From positions 1,664,001 through 1,728,000 of the forward strand of contig OY843768.1 of assembly GCA_963693095.2 (NCBI GenBank): 64,000 bases of DNA, in the 5' to 3' direction. Of this stretch, positions 28,447-38,494 are shown piece by piece. Each line of letters starts with the position of its first letter. Position 1 is the stretch's first letter. The DNA comes from Cenarchaeum sp. GTDB taxonomy: Archaea > Thermoproteota > Nitrososphaeria > Nitrososphaerales > Nitrosopumilaceae. Under the pieces are notes generated by a model, which was not told the origin of the DNA, did no database searches, and was given only the letters and a program-made list of their open reading frames with translations. Position numbers and translations under genes: made by a program.

Positions 28447-29736
28447 CTATTCCCACGATACCGTGTCAGACGAGTGGGTGTAGAGGCCCTTGCGCTCCCA
28501 CGTGTCGCCGGTGACTCCCCAGATCTCATAGTTGGCCGACTTTAGGTCACCGGCCTCGTTTAGCTGGGCCGGCCCTATTGCGCCATAGTACCTTGATGCG
28601 ACATCTGGCACGATCTCGCGTATTGCGTTGGCGTCATCCGAGTCGAGCTGTAGCATTGCGAGGCCGTATATCCACGGCACGTCATATGACGAGTGGACAA
28701 AGGCGCTTGGGATGTATCCAAACTCCTCGCTCAGCTTTTCCTCCACCCTCTCGTAGATCGCGTTCTTTGAGACGGCGACCTGCGTCGTGGTGTACTCTAC
28801 GCTGTTGGAGAACTCGCGCGCTATTGGATCCCCGACAATGTCAGGGTCCTTTGTAGTCGAGCCGGCCCCAAACCAGAGCGTGCCGGCAAGCTCGGGGTGC
28901 TCAGAGGCTGACTGCATGAACTGCGTGGCCTCTGAAAAGCTGATCATCGCGACGCCTATGCTCTGTGCGCCGCCCTCGCGTGCTTCGGCGACGCGCTCGG
29001 CCAGAAGCGACGTTGTCGCCGCAAAGTCTGGCGCCTCGGGGTTGTAGCGTAGCTTGTTGTTCTCCTCGACTATGCCGCCAAAGGAGGCAAACGAGCTAAA
29101 CGTGCTGTTGCTCAGGCCGTCGCCCCACGCGTCACCGCGCCATGTCGTGATGAGCGTGTCAACGCCGCGGGCCTCAATGACGCGCGCGAGCGCATGGCCC
29201 TGGTTGCTGTCGTCTGGAACGAGGCGGTAAACGCTGTCATCAGGTATCGCAAGTGTCGGAGCCGACGAGCAGCAGCTCATCAGGACCATTCCGTTGGCGT
29301 CTGCGTATCCCTTTACGTTGCGTATTGCCGAGCTCGTCTCTGGCCCCACAATGATCTGGATATCGCGCGAGTTGAGCGATGTCAGCTTGTCAAGGGCGAC
29401 TACGGGGTTCGTCGCGCTGTCCTCGACTGCAAGGCCCATTCTCCACGGCGCGTCGATCTTTTCGAGGTGCTCATTAAAGTCATCAACGCCCATTCTTGTT
29501 CCCGCAAGGTTCTCCTCGCCGTGGGCCGAGAGGTCTCCGGTCGTCGGGAGTATAACGCCTAGCGTGACTGTGCCGCTGAGTCCGGTCTCGGCCTGCATGG
29601 GCATCTCGCCTGTCCCCTCCATGACCACCGTCGTTGACTGTGACGAGCCGGCGGCATAGCCGATAACAAGACCCAGGATTATCGCCGCAATTGGCACGAT
29701 CGCCCGCCCACGTGACTTGCCGCTGCTGCCCTCCAT
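28447..29736 (-). CDS. ABC branched-chain amino acid-type substrate-binding protein
   Basis: N-terminal TM; GVILPTTGDLS..EDSATNP..VGPETS..YRLVPDD. Confidence 0.88.
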   Translation of the reverse strand: MEGSSGKSRGRAIVPIAAIILGLVIGYAAGSSQSTTVVMEGTGEMPMQAETGLSGTVTLGVILPTTGDLSAHGEENLAGTRMGVDDFNEHLEKIDAPWRMGLAVEDSATNPVVALDKLTSLNSRDIQIIVGPETSSAIRNVKGYADANGMVLMSCCSSAPTLAIPDDSVYRLVPDDSNQGHALARVIEARGVDTLITTWRGDAWGDGLSNSTFSSFASFGGIVEENNKLRYNPEAPDFAATTSLLAERVAEAREGGAQSIGVAMISFSEATQFMQSASEHPELAGTLWFGAGSTTKDPDIVGDPIAREFSNSVEYTTTQVAVSKNAIYERVEEKLSEEFGYIPSAFVHSSYDVPWIYGLAMLQLDSDDANAIREIVPDVASRYYGAIGPAQLNEAGDLKSANYEIWGVTGDTWERKGLYTHSSDTVSWE

Positions 29737-29922
29737 GCACGCGCCTCTCAGATTGGCAGTATATACCCTTTTGTGAGGCGGGCCCCATGTGATCAGCGTC
29801 GGCCCTCGGGGCGGGGGGCACGGGCAGGCGGCGGTGTCACGCCCTGACCTACGAGTGGTCCGGATCTGTGGTGGGTGTTACGTGTAAACAGTTTCTGCGC
29901 TAATCTGTGGATGCCGTGCCCG

Positions 29923-30741
29923 TCAGGACGATGTGCCCGGGGGCTCAGACGCCGAACCTTGTACGTCAACACTGCCGTTGGTATAGTCCACACGAATATC
30001 ATATGCCGTTTTGCCCGTTGCGGCTGTGTAGTAAAAGGTGATTTTGGCACGAAATAGCTCATGTTTGGATGCGCGCGTGTGCTCGTCGGTGAGCACTAAA
30101 ATGGGCACCTCCATAAACCCGTTGGGCGACAGTGATCCCCAGAAGCGGGTTGTCGTCCGGGACTTGTCTGGTCTGTCCTCCTTGGACGTTATCATTTCAT
30201 GGGTTTCCTGGCTAGTAATGTTTAGGGCGGGGGTAGAGCCCAAATTGAGGATTCGTACCGTTACGGTTAGCCCTTCATCAGATTGACGTCGCCTGTGCGT
30301 GGAGCCGTCTTCAAAGGTTGTCCAAGACAGCGCAGACCACAATCTGCCCCGTGTTTCCTGTCTAAGAAAATTAAGGTGTGAATTAGAATGTTCTGCTTGC
30401 TTCTTGAGGTAGTGCCCAGTTAGGAACACGCCGGCTAAAGTGATAACAGATACGCCTATGCCAATTAGAAAGAGGCGCCAAGTTGAATCAGCGGTAGTTC
30501 TGCTCGCCTCTTCCACTACGTCCTCAAGCTGGTCAAGCTCTGTGACGATCTGCCCAATGTCTGTGTTGGGTTCTTGGGCAAGCGCGTCGTGAAACGACAG
30601 CAACGCGAGTATGATCAGGGGCGCATAGCACACAATATTATGAATGAGCCCACTCACAGTGTGTGTGGAATCAAGCTTCTTTGTAGACTGCCCAAGTGGC
30701 ACGCGCGTGAGCACTGGCTGGCGCATCGCTAGGGCAACCAT
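29923..30741 (-). CDS. Hypothetical membrane protein (signal, coiled coil, TM, beta-rich domain)
   Basis: 272-aa ORF overlapping the upstream ATPase-like gene; paralog at 15434-16014. Confidence 0.7.
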   Translation of the reverse strand: MVALAMRQPVLTRVPLGQSTKKLDSTHTVSGLIHNIVCYAPLIILALLSFHDALAQEPNTDIGQIVTELDQLEDVVEEASRTTADSTWRLFLIGIGVSVITLAGVFLTGHYLKKQAEHSNSHLNFLRQETRGRLWSALSWTTFEDGSTHRRRQSDEGLTVTVRILNLGSTPALNITSQETHEMITSKEDRPDKSRTTTRFWGSLSPNGFMEVPILVLTDEHTRASKHELFRAKITFYYTAATGKTAYDIRVDYTNGSVDVQGSASEPPGTSS

Positions 30742-31259
30742 GGCCGCACGTGCATCATGCTTTGAGACGTGTCATCTAGAACCCGAAACGTGATGGTCGT
30801 ACAGTTGTCAAAGGCGCCATCAATAAAGAGCGACTTTAGCTCCTCTCTCCAATGCGGAATGCGCGTGATCCGGTCAAGAAGCAGGTAGCAGCGATCAGTG
30901 TCGCGCGTCTTTTTACTCATTGACAGGTACTGTTTTATCACTGTGCGAAGGCTCTTGCGAGTCAAGTGCTCCGCAAAGTCATAATAGAATATGCACGCGG
31001 GCTTGACGTTGCCTTTTAGGAGATCCACCACCTTTAGCAGGGCAGCCGGCGTCTTGGCATAGTTTGGGGAGACGTACATGTCATAGAACCACGGTTCCCC
31101 ATGCATCGGGTTGTGGGGTATGCCAACTAGGAACGACACACTCGTGTGGTCAGCGCCATCAATATGCTCTGCGAGCCGAGGATCCTTGAGTATGGAGGTC
31201 GGCTTGGCCCACCATGGATTTTGCGCCGAGATGTCGTAGGATTTGAGAAAGAGTGCCAT
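30729..31259 (-). CDS. Degenerate AAA_14-like ATPase domain protein (176 aa)
   Basis: QNPWW..KDPRL..YLLLDRIT..W.EELKSLFIDG; same length as paralog 14916..15446. Confidence 0.6.
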   Translation of the reverse strand: MALFLKSYDISAQNPWWAKPTSILKDPRLAEHIDGADHTSVSFLVGIPHNPMHGEPWFYDMYVSPNYAKTPAALLKVVDLLKGNVKPACIFYYDFAEHLTRKSLRTVIKQYLSMSKKTRDTDRCYLLLDRITRIPHWREELKSLFIDGAFDNCTTITFRVLDDTSQSMMHVRPWLP

Positions 31260-31397
31260 TTGTACGGCGCGGTGGGCGGGCTTTTGTGATATTAGTGTTG
31301 CCCGACGTGGCGCCGCATGGGGCTCAAGAGGCGTTCCCCCGGCGGCCTGTCGCGTGCAGGGCGGGCGTGTCCTGCACACATACTAGGAATGTGAGGG

Positions 31398-31471
31398 TGG
31401 GGCCGGCAGGATTTGAACCTGCGACCACTAGCACCCCAGGCTAGCATCCTGCCATGCTAGACAACGGCCCC
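31398..31471 (-). tRNA. tRNA-Pro(GGG)
   Basis: GGGGCCG acceptor stem; anticodon arm CTAGC-CTGGGGT-GCTAG; T-loop GGTTCAAATCC. Confidence 0.95.
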
Positions 31472-31580
31472 ACGTGCCGCACGCGCCGGACCGAAATTAT
31501 TAAACCGTGGCGTTGCGCGCGAATCGAGGCGGCGCGTGGTGACTAGCACGCGTGCGTGGAGGCGGCATGGGGGGCGGGGA

Positions 31581-32318
31581 CTAGCGTTCCTGCTCGCGGG
31601 GCCGGATCAGAATCTCGTTGACGTTCACGCGTGAGGGCGTGCGCAGCGCGTAGACTATTGACTCGGCAATGTCCTCGGACTTGAGGGCATCCATCTTTTT
31701 GGCCCCCTCGACGAACGAGGTGAGCGACTCGTCAGTTATCGTGCTGGTGAGCTCGGTTGCGACAACGCCGGGCTCTATGCACGTGACGCGCACGCCCGAG
31801 CGCGCGCTGAGCTCCTGCCTCAGGCCCTCGCTGAACGCGGTGACAAAGTGCTTTGTTCCGCAATAGACGCTTCCGGCCGGAAAGACGAGGCGGCCGGCGA
31901 CTGATGACACGTTTACGATATGGCCTGACTTTGCCGCCGTCATTATGGGCACGACGGCAGCAGTCATGTAGAGAACCCCCTTTATGTTGACGTCGACCAT
32001 CCTCTCCCACTCGTCAACCTTTAGCCTCTTTACAAAGCTGAGCGGCATGAGGCCCGCATTGTTGATGAGAATGTCAACTGTGCCCCACTCGTCGGCTGCG
32101 GCGCGCACGAGCGAGTCGCATGACGCGCGGTCAGTCACGTCAAGTGCGCGATGGAGAGCCTTGCCGCCGGCCGCCTCGATCTCCGTGGCGAGGGCCTCTA
32201 GGCGATCCGTCCGGCGTGCGCCGATGGCCACCCTGGCGCCCTCCTTTGCTAGCGCAAGGGCAGTCGCGCGGCCAATGCCGCTGCTCGCGCCCGTGACTAT
32301 GGCAACCTTGTCGCGCAT
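31581..32318 (-). CDS. Short-chain dehydrogenase/reductase
   Basis: TGASSGIG, NNAG, YCGTK. Confidence 0.92.
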   Translation of the reverse strand: MRDKVAIVTGASSGIGRATALALAKEGARVAIGARRTDRLEALATEIEAAGGKALHRALDVTDRASCDSLVRAAADEWGTVDILINNAGLMPLSFVKRLKVDEWERMVDVNIKGVLYMTAAVVPIMTAAKSGHIVNVSSVAGRLVFPAGSVYCGTKHFVTAFSEGLRQELSARSGVRVTCIEPGVVATELTSTITDESLTSFVEGAKKMDALKSEDIAESIVYALRTPSRVNVNEILIRPREQER

Positions 32319-32396
32319 CAGGGCGCACCCCGCCGATGTTGCGCTAAATACGTTTGTGAGCTCATTTAAAGAGGGCACGCGCGGCGGCGCGCTGAC

Positions 32397-32621
32397 ATGA
32401 AGCTCGTGCCGTGCGCGTACTGTGGGGACATGATTGACCTCCCATTCGAGTGCAGCTATTGCCATGACCCATTCTGCGCTGACCATCGCCTCCCCGAGGA
32501 GCACCGCTGCGTAAAGCTGCGCCAGATCCGCTCTAGCCGCTTTGGCGAGCGGGGCGTTGTGCGCGATGCGCCCAAGGGCTCGCGCGGGCTCGTGGGTCGC
32601 CTCTTTGGGCGGCGGCGCTAG
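32397..32621 (+). CDS. AN1-type zinc finger protein
   Basis: CAYC..PFECSYC..FCADHRLPEEHRC. Confidence 0.88.
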   Translation: MKLVPCAYCGDMIDLPFECSYCHDPFCADHRLPEEHRCVKLRQIRSSRFGERGVVRDAPKGSRGLVGRLFGRRR

Positions 32622-32896
32622 TACGACACGCGCGACGGGTCAAGTGCTGCCCTGCGCGCCTGGTACACTAGCGCGACGGCGAGTGCGACGAGAACGAGTG
32701 ATGTGAGCCAGTGCGGCGTGGGCAGCGCAGTCACGTACGCGACTGCAAATGCCACACACGTGATGGCCTGTGTGGTTAGCTTTGTCCACTTTGGCGTGTG
32801 GATGAGGCGCCATACGCCCTCGATCACGAGCAGCGCGACTGCCGGCCATGTCGCGAGGAGCAAAAAGTCGATGACATCGACGCCTGTGTGCGACAC
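32618..32896 (-). CDS. Small membrane protein
   Basis: Three hydrophobic segments; start approximate. Confidence 0.6.
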   Translation of the reverse strand: MSHTGVDVIDFLLLATWPAVALLVIEGVWRLIHTPKWTKLTTQAITCVAFAVAYVTALPTPHWLTSLVLVALAVALVYQARRAALDPSRVSY

Positions 32897-32934
32897 GCGC
32901 GCGCGGCGCGCAGAGCGCCTATTTGTTTTGTGGG

Positions 32935-33507
32935 CTAGGCCCCGTGCGCAAAGTCGGCCCAGCGCAGGCGGATTGCTGACCCCTGGGCCTCGAGCGTGAC
33001 GGCGTTCTCGAGCGGGAGGCATGCGACCTCGTGCTCGCCGTATGGGCCATAGTTGTTAAGATCGGTGCCGACTAGCTTGTCTATTGGCTGGCGCGTCACG
33101 ACCACTGCGAGCTTTTGGCGGTGGCGCTCGGATATCGTCTCGAGTATCCGCGGCTTTCCCCCAAGGACCGCCGAGAGGACCGCAGAGCGGGCCTCGCGGG
33201 CCTCGTCCTCAAACCCGAGTGCGCGCTTTTCCTCGTCTAGGAGGTTGACATAGTCTGGCGAGCCCGGCTCGGGCGACTTTGACATCCTTGCGTCGACTAG
33301 AAGGACCGCGAGTCCGGTGACAATGGAGAGGAGCGACTCTTGCATCCTTGCGGCCACGCCGTCATACTCCTCGGCGCGGAGGCGCGCGATGAGGCTCGAG
33401 GTGCGCCGGTACGTGTCGCCCTCGATCTCCTGGACCGAGGGGGAGGCCATCTCGGCGGCCACTAGCGCGTGGAGCGCAACGGCGTCATCGTGTCCTTCTG
33501 CTGCCAT
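32935..33507 (-). CDS. GINS family (Gins51-like) replication protein
   Basis: Helical N-domain; C-terminal B-domain LVGTD..YGPY..EVACLPLENA..L. Confidence 0.7.
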   Translation of the reverse strand: MAAEGHDDAVALHALVAAEMASPSVQEIEGDTYRRTSSLIARLRAEEYDGVAARMQESLLSIVTGLAVLLVDARMSKSPEPGSPDYVNLLDEEKRALGFEDEAREARSAVLSAVLGGKPRILETISERHRQKLAVVVTRQPIDKLVGTDLNNYGPYGEHEVACLPLENAVTLEAQGSAIRLRWADFAHGA

Positions 33508-33576
33508 GAGGGCGCGCGCAGTGGCGCCCAATCCTTAAATGTTAGCAGGCAGGGGGCCGAAGCCGAGGAGCAAGCG

Positions 33577-35034
33577 TTGCCTTATAGGGTTAGCCACGGA
33601 AAGCCAATACCAGTGGGTTATTCGCCCGACGAGGTTTTCTCAAAGATAAGCCATGACGGCATACGCTTCGTCGACCTCCAGTTCACAAGCCTGCCGGGCC
33701 GCTTTCACCACACGACGATATCAGCAGACACGTTTACGCCCGAGCAGATGCGCGACGGCCTGCCAAAGCTTGACGGCTCGTCGATCGTCGGCTTTACCGA
33801 GATAGAGGACTCTGACCTCCTCCTAAAGCCGGATCCCAACACGTACTCGACGATACCGTGGATGACTGAGAACAAGACGGCGCGCATGCTCTGCGACGTC
33901 TACTGGGGAATGGCCCGCGGGCGCCTCTCGCGCGATCCTCGCGGCATTGCGCAAAAGGCCCAGGCCCATCTCGCCACGCAGGGCTATGACAGCATGTGGG
34001 GGCCTGAAGTCGAGTTCTTTGTCTTCGACAAGGTGACATGGGATGTCCTGACGCCGTACAAGGGCCAGTCATACTCGATAGAGTCAGTCGAGGCGCCGTG
34101 GAGCAGCAACGGTGCCGGATACCCGATGGGCCTGCAGGAGGGATACTATCCGAGCACGCCATCAGACACGCTCACGCCGTTTCGCAACGAGTGTGTCAAC
34201 ATGCTAAACCAGGACTTTGGCATACTGTGCGACAACCACCACCACGAGGTCGCAACTGCCGGACAGTGCGAGATCGACATACGCTACGACTCGCTCACAA
34301 ACTCGGCGGACTCGACGCAGACGTACAAGTTTGTCGTCAGGAATGTCGCCAAAAAGTACGGCAAGGTCGCAACGATGATGCCAAAGCCCGTCTCGATGGA
34401 TGCCGGCTCGGGCATGCACACAAACGTCAGCCTCTGGAAGGACAAAAAGAACGCCTTCTTTGACAAGGACGATCCAGACGAGCTCAGCCAGCTCGGGCGC
34501 TACTTTTGCGGCGGAATCATAGACCACGCGCGCGCGCTCTCGGCGATAACAAACCCAACGACGAACTCGTACCATCGCCTAGTTCCCGGCTACGAGGCGC
34601 CTGTCTACATGGCGTGGAGCGGGAGCAACCGCTCGGCCATAGTCCGCATTCCAAAGCACTTCAAGGGCAAGGGATACGCCCCGCTCAAGCGCCTCGAGTT
34701 CCGCGCGCCTGACCCGTCGGCCAACCCCTACCTGGTCTTCTCGGCGGTCCTCGCAGCGGGCCTAGATGGCATAAAGAAAAAGAAGGATCCCGGTGATGCG
34801 GTCCATGAGGACATATTCAAGATGACAAAGGCCGAGCGCGTAAAGCGCGGGATCGGCGTCCTGCCCTCAAGCCTCGGCGAGGCCATCGACGAGCTAGAGT
34901 CAGACCGCAAGTTCCTCAGCCCCATATTCACCGCCGACGTCATTGACGTCATAGTCGAGCTTGAAAAGCGTGACCAGCGCGAGGTCCTCATAAGGCCACA
35001 CCCCTACGAGTTTGACCTCTACTTTGACGTCTAG
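33577..35034 (+). CDS. glnA: Glutamine synthetase type I
   Basis: DGSSI, GPEVEFF, HHHEVA, MPKP..GSGMH, NRSA, RLEFR..PDP. Confidence 0.96.
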   Translation: MPYRVSHGKPIPVGYSPDEVFSKISHDGIRFVDLQFTSLPGRFHHTTISADTFTPEQMRDGLPKLDGSSIVGFTEIEDSDLLLKPDPNTYSTIPWMTENKTARMLCDVYWGMARGRLSRDPRGIAQKAQAHLATQGYDSMWGPEVEFFVFDKVTWDVLTPYKGQSYSIESVEAPWSSNGAGYPMGLQEGYYPSTPSDTLTPFRNECVNMLNQDFGILCDNHHHEVATAGQCEIDIRYDSLTNSADSTQTYKFVVRNVAKKYGKVATMMPKPVSMDAGSGMHTNVSLWKDKKNAFFDKDDPDELSQLGRYFCGGIIDHARALSAITNPTTNSYHRLVPGYEAPVYMAWSGSNRSAIVRIPKHFKGKGYAPLKRLEFRAPDPSANPYLVFSAVLAAGLDGIKKKKDPGDAVHEDIFKMTKAERVKRGIGVLPSSLGEAIDELESDRKFLSPIFTADVIDVIVELEKRDQREVLIRPHPYEFDLYFDV

Positions 35035-35330
35035 ATGACGCCGGACATGACGAGTATCAGCGTAAACGAGGTCACGATTATCAGGAATCCTGTCACAAAG
35101 AGCGGCTTTGGCGACTTTGAGCTCGTCGAGCGGTACACGGCGAGGCCGCCGAGCAGGCCCATAAAGAGAACGAGCACGCCGGCTATGACCTCGGCGAGCG
35201 AGCCGCCGCTAACAAACGGGTAAAAGACGCCAGAGAGCAGGGCAAAGAAGCCAATGAGATATGCGACCTTTATGCACGTGAGCGTGCGGCGTCCAAAGCT
35301 GGCCGTGTCGGCCACGTGCGCGTCACTCAC
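35031..35330 (-). CDS. Small membrane protein
   Basis: Three TM segments downstream of the thermosome gene. Confidence 0.6.
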   Translation of the reverse strand: MSDAHVADTASFGRRTLTCIKVAYLIGFFALLSGVFYPFVSGGSLAEVIAGVLVLFMGLLGGLAVYRSTSSKSPKPLFVTGFLIIVTSFTLILVMSGVI

Positions 35331-37021
35331 ATCATCCCGCCCATGTCGCCCATGCCACCCATACCGCCCATGCCTCCCATTCCGGGCATTCCGCCCATGC
35401 CCCCTTCGGGGCCTCCTGGCGGCGGGCCGGCTGACTTTGCGGTGGCCACAACATCGTCGATGCGCAGTATCATGCATGCGGCCTCAGACGCGGCCGAGAC
35501 GACCTGCAGCTTTACGGCGAGGGGCTCAACGATATCGCTTGACTTCATGTTTGCAATGCGCGCGCGTAGGACATCGATGCCGGTCCACTTGTCGCCCTGC
35601 GTCTGCTTTGCGCGCAGCGAGGCGAGCGTGTCTATCGGATCCATGCCGGCGTTCTCGGCTAGCGTGAGGGGTATGACCTCTAGGGCGTCGGCAAAGCGCT
35701 CGATTGCGAGCTGCTCGCGACCCTCGAGGGACTTTGCCCATGAGCGGAGGCGCGTAGCCGCGTACGTCTCTGGCGCGCCGCCGCCGGCGACGACGGAGGG
35801 TGACTGCATGACGTCCTTTACGACCATTATCGCATCATGGACCGAGCGGTCGACCTCGTCGACTACGCGCTGCGAGCCGCCGCGCAGGAGGAGCGAGACG
35901 GACTTTGGGTGGCGGCACCCCTCGATAAAGACCCACTTGTCCTCCTCGATCTTGCGCTCCTCCACGACGGCCGCCGAGCCAAGATCCTTCTCAAAGAGGT
36001 CATCGAGGTTTGTCACGATTCGCGCGCCAGTCGCACGCGAGAGCTTTGTCATGTCGCTCTCCTTTATGCGGCGGACTCCCATAATGCCGGCCTTTGCAAG
36101 GTAGTGCTGTGCCATGTCGTCGATCGCCTTTTGGCAGAGCACGACGGTGGCGCCTGAGCCGATTATCTTGTCGACCATGCCCTTTAGCATCCTGTTCTCC
36201 TCGTCGAGGAACGCCTTCATCTGCTGCGGGTTTTGTATGTTGATCTTTGCGTCAGTCTCGGTCTTTGTGATCTCGAGTGCTGCGTTGATGAGCGCTATCT
36301 TTGCGTCCGTTATGTTGTCAGGCATGCTAGAGTGAACGACCTCCTTGTCGAGTATGACCCCCTCGACTATGGTCGAGTCGCCTATCGAGCCGCCGGCCTT
36401 TTTCTCCACCTTTATGTCGTCATCATCCATGGTGTACGCGTCTCCCTCCTTTTCTGCGACTGCGAGGGCAGCCTTTACGACCATTGCGGCTAGCGCATCA
36501 GAGTCCTTCCTGACGAGCTTTGTCTGCATTGACGTCTTTGCGACCTTTGTGAGCATCGTCTTGTCGCTGGCGCTCACGTCCTCGGATATCTCGACGAGGA
36601 GCTTTTTGGCCTTGGCCGCAGCCCTCCTGTACCCGTCAACGACTATGGTGGGATGAACGTTCTGGTTGAGAAGGCCCTCGGCAGCCTCTAGGAGCCCGCC
36701 GGCAAAGACGACGGCCGATGTCGTCCCGTCGCCGACCTCGTTGTCAGTCGTCTTTGCTATCTCGACGAGCATCTTTGCGGCCGGATGCTGCACGTCTATC
36801 TCCTTTAGTATCGTCGCGCCGTCGTTCGTTATCGTGACGTCGCCTAGCGTGTCGACGAGCATCTTGTCCATGCCCCTCGGCCCGAGGCTAGTCGAGACTA
36901 TCTCGGCGACTATCTTTGAGGCCTGGATGTTGTTCTTGTGGGCGTCTCGACCCTTGGTCTCAGACGCACCGTCCTTTAACAGCACAACTGGCATGTTAGC
37001 CTTTGATGCCTGCACGCTCAT
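35327..37021 (-). CDS. ths: Thermosome (group II chaperonin) subunit
   Basis: [26 protein letters not shown]-rich tail. Confidence 0.96.
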   Translation of the reverse strand: MSVQASKANMPVVLLKDGASETKGRDAHKNNIQASKIVAEIVSTSLGPRGMDKMLVDTLGDVTITNDGATILKEIDVQHPAAKMLVEIAKTTDNEVGDGTTSAVVFAGGLLEAAEGLLNQNVHPTIVVDGYRRAAAKAKKLLVEISEDVSASDKTMLTKVAKTSMQTKLVRKDSDALAAMVVKAALAVAEKEGDAYTMDDDDIKVEKKAGGSIGDSTIVEGVILDKEVVHSSMPDNITDAKIALINAALEITKTETDAKINIQNPQQMKAFLDEENRMLKGMVDKIIGSGATVVLCQKAIDDMAQHYLAKAGIMGVRRIKESDMTKLSRATGARIVTNLDDLFEKDLGSAAVVEERKIEEDKWVFIEGCRHPKSVSLLLRGGSQRVVDEVDRSVHDAIMVVKDVMQSPSVVAGGGAPETYAATRLRSWAKSLEGREQLAIERFADALEVIPLTLAENAGMDPIDTLASLRAKQTQGDKWTGIDVLRARIANMKSSDIVEPLAVKLQVVSAASEAACMILRIDDVVATAKSAGPPPGGPEGGMGGMPGMGGMGGMGGMGDMGGMM

Positions 37022-37123
37022 GGATGAGGGGCTTGAAATATACCTTTTAAACCTTGCCTAGATCCGAGGGTGGGCTCGGCCCTAGCGTGCGCACAGATGT
37101 TTTAAATTGCGAGGCCTGCGCGC

Positions 37124-38494
37124 GTGCGCACGATGGCCACACGCAGGCGGCCTGCCGCCAAGGCGGCCGGTTCGGGCAGCTCGACGGCAAAAAAGGCGTA
37201 TATGCGCGTCTTTGGCTCCCTAAAGGACCATAGCCGCCTCTTCTCAGAGGCCATACCCCTCATAGCCAGCGAGAACATCCCCTCGCCGGCGGTGCGCGAG
37301 GCCCTCCTGTCAGACTTTGGAAACAGGTATGCCGAGGGGTGGCCCGGCGAGCGCGTCTATGCGGGGTGTGCGCATATCGACAAGGTCGAAGTCGAGTGCA
37401 TGAGGCTTGCGAGGAGGCTGTTCAAGGCAGAGTTTGCCGACGTGAGGCCGATCTCTGGCGTCGTCGCAAACCTCGCGATATACTCGGCGTTTAGCGACCC
37501 CGGCGACACGATGATCGCCCCGTCGATACCGGCCGGCGGGCACATCTCGCACGGCAAGCGCGAGCACTCTGGGACAGCCGGCCTCGTCCACGGGCTCAAC
37601 ATTGAGTTTTACCCGTTTGACGCAGACGAGATGGCCATTGACGTTGATGCGACCAAAAAGAAGGTTCGTGCGCTAAAGCGCGACGGGCGCACGCCAAGGA
37701 TGGCGATGCTTGGTGGATCGCTCTTTCTGTTCCCGCACCCCGTCGCCGAGCTCTCCGGATTCTTCAAGTCGCACAAGATGCACCTAAACTATGACGCCGC
37801 GCACGTCGCCGGACTCATAGCCGGCGGCAAGTTTCAGGATCCGCTGCGCGAGGGTGCCGATACCATGACGATGAGCACGCACAAGACGCTCTTTGGGCCG
37901 CAGGGCGGGCTTGTCCTGGGCGCAGAGTCGCACGGCGAGGCCATAAAGCGCGCCGTCTTTCCCGGCCTCACAAGCAGCCATCACATACACCACATGGCCG
38001 CCAAGGCCGTCGCGTTTGCCGAGACGATCGAGTTTGGGCGCGCATACGCCGCGCAGGTCATCTCCAACGCAAAGCGCCTCGCCGAGGAGCTCAGCTCGCT
38101 GGGCCTCTGCGTGCTCGGCGAGCGGCGCGGGTTTACGCAGTCACACCAGATAGCAGTCAACGTCTGGGAGTACGCCGATGGCGGGGCCGTCGAGGCTGCC
38201 CTGGAGAGGGCCAACATCATAGTCAACAGGCAGCTCATACCGGGCGACATAAAGGCAGGCCGCAACTATATGCGCCCCGGCGGCATACGCATCGGCGTCT
38301 CGGAGGTCACGCGCCTGGGCATGCGCGGCGGCGAGATGGCCGAGATTGCGCGGCTCATAAAGGCCGCCATTGTGGACGGGGGCGACGCGCGCAGGATTCG
38401 CACCGCCGCGCGCGAGCTGCGAAAGAGCCACCAAAAGGCGAGATACTGCTTTGACGGGCGCCTCGGCGCCTACGAGTACGTCAGGCTCCGCTAG
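37124..38494 (+). CDS. glyA: Serine hydroxymethyltransferase
   Basis: LIASEN, RYAEG, GGHISH, STHKTLFGPQGG. Confidence 0.95.
   Translation: MRTMATRRRPAAKAAGSGSSTAKKAYMRVFGSLKDHSRLFSEAIPLIASENIPSPAVREALLSDFGNRYAEGWPGERVYAGCAHIDKVEVECMRLARRLFKAEFADVRPISGVVANLAIYSAFSDPGDTMIAPSIPAGGHISHGKREHSGTAGLVHGLNIEFYPFDADEMAIDVDATKKKVRALKRDGRTPRMAMLGGSLFLFPHPVAELSGFFKSHKMHLNYDAAHVAGLIAGGKFQDPLREGADTMTMSTHKTLFGPQGGLVLGAESHGEAIKRAVFPGLTSSHHIHHMAAKAVAFAETIEFGRAYAAQVISNAKRLAEELSSLGLCVLGERRGFTQSHQIAVNVWEYADGGAVEAALERANIIVNRQLIPGDIKAGRNYMRPGGIRIGVSEVTRLGMRGGEMAEIARLIKAAIVDGGDARRIRTAARELRKSHQKARYCFDGRLGAYEYVRLR

Noticed and set aside
29760-31400. Integrative element at the tRNA-Pro 3' end
   Set aside because: Accessory genes are adjacent, but there is no integrase and no convincing duplicated att sequence
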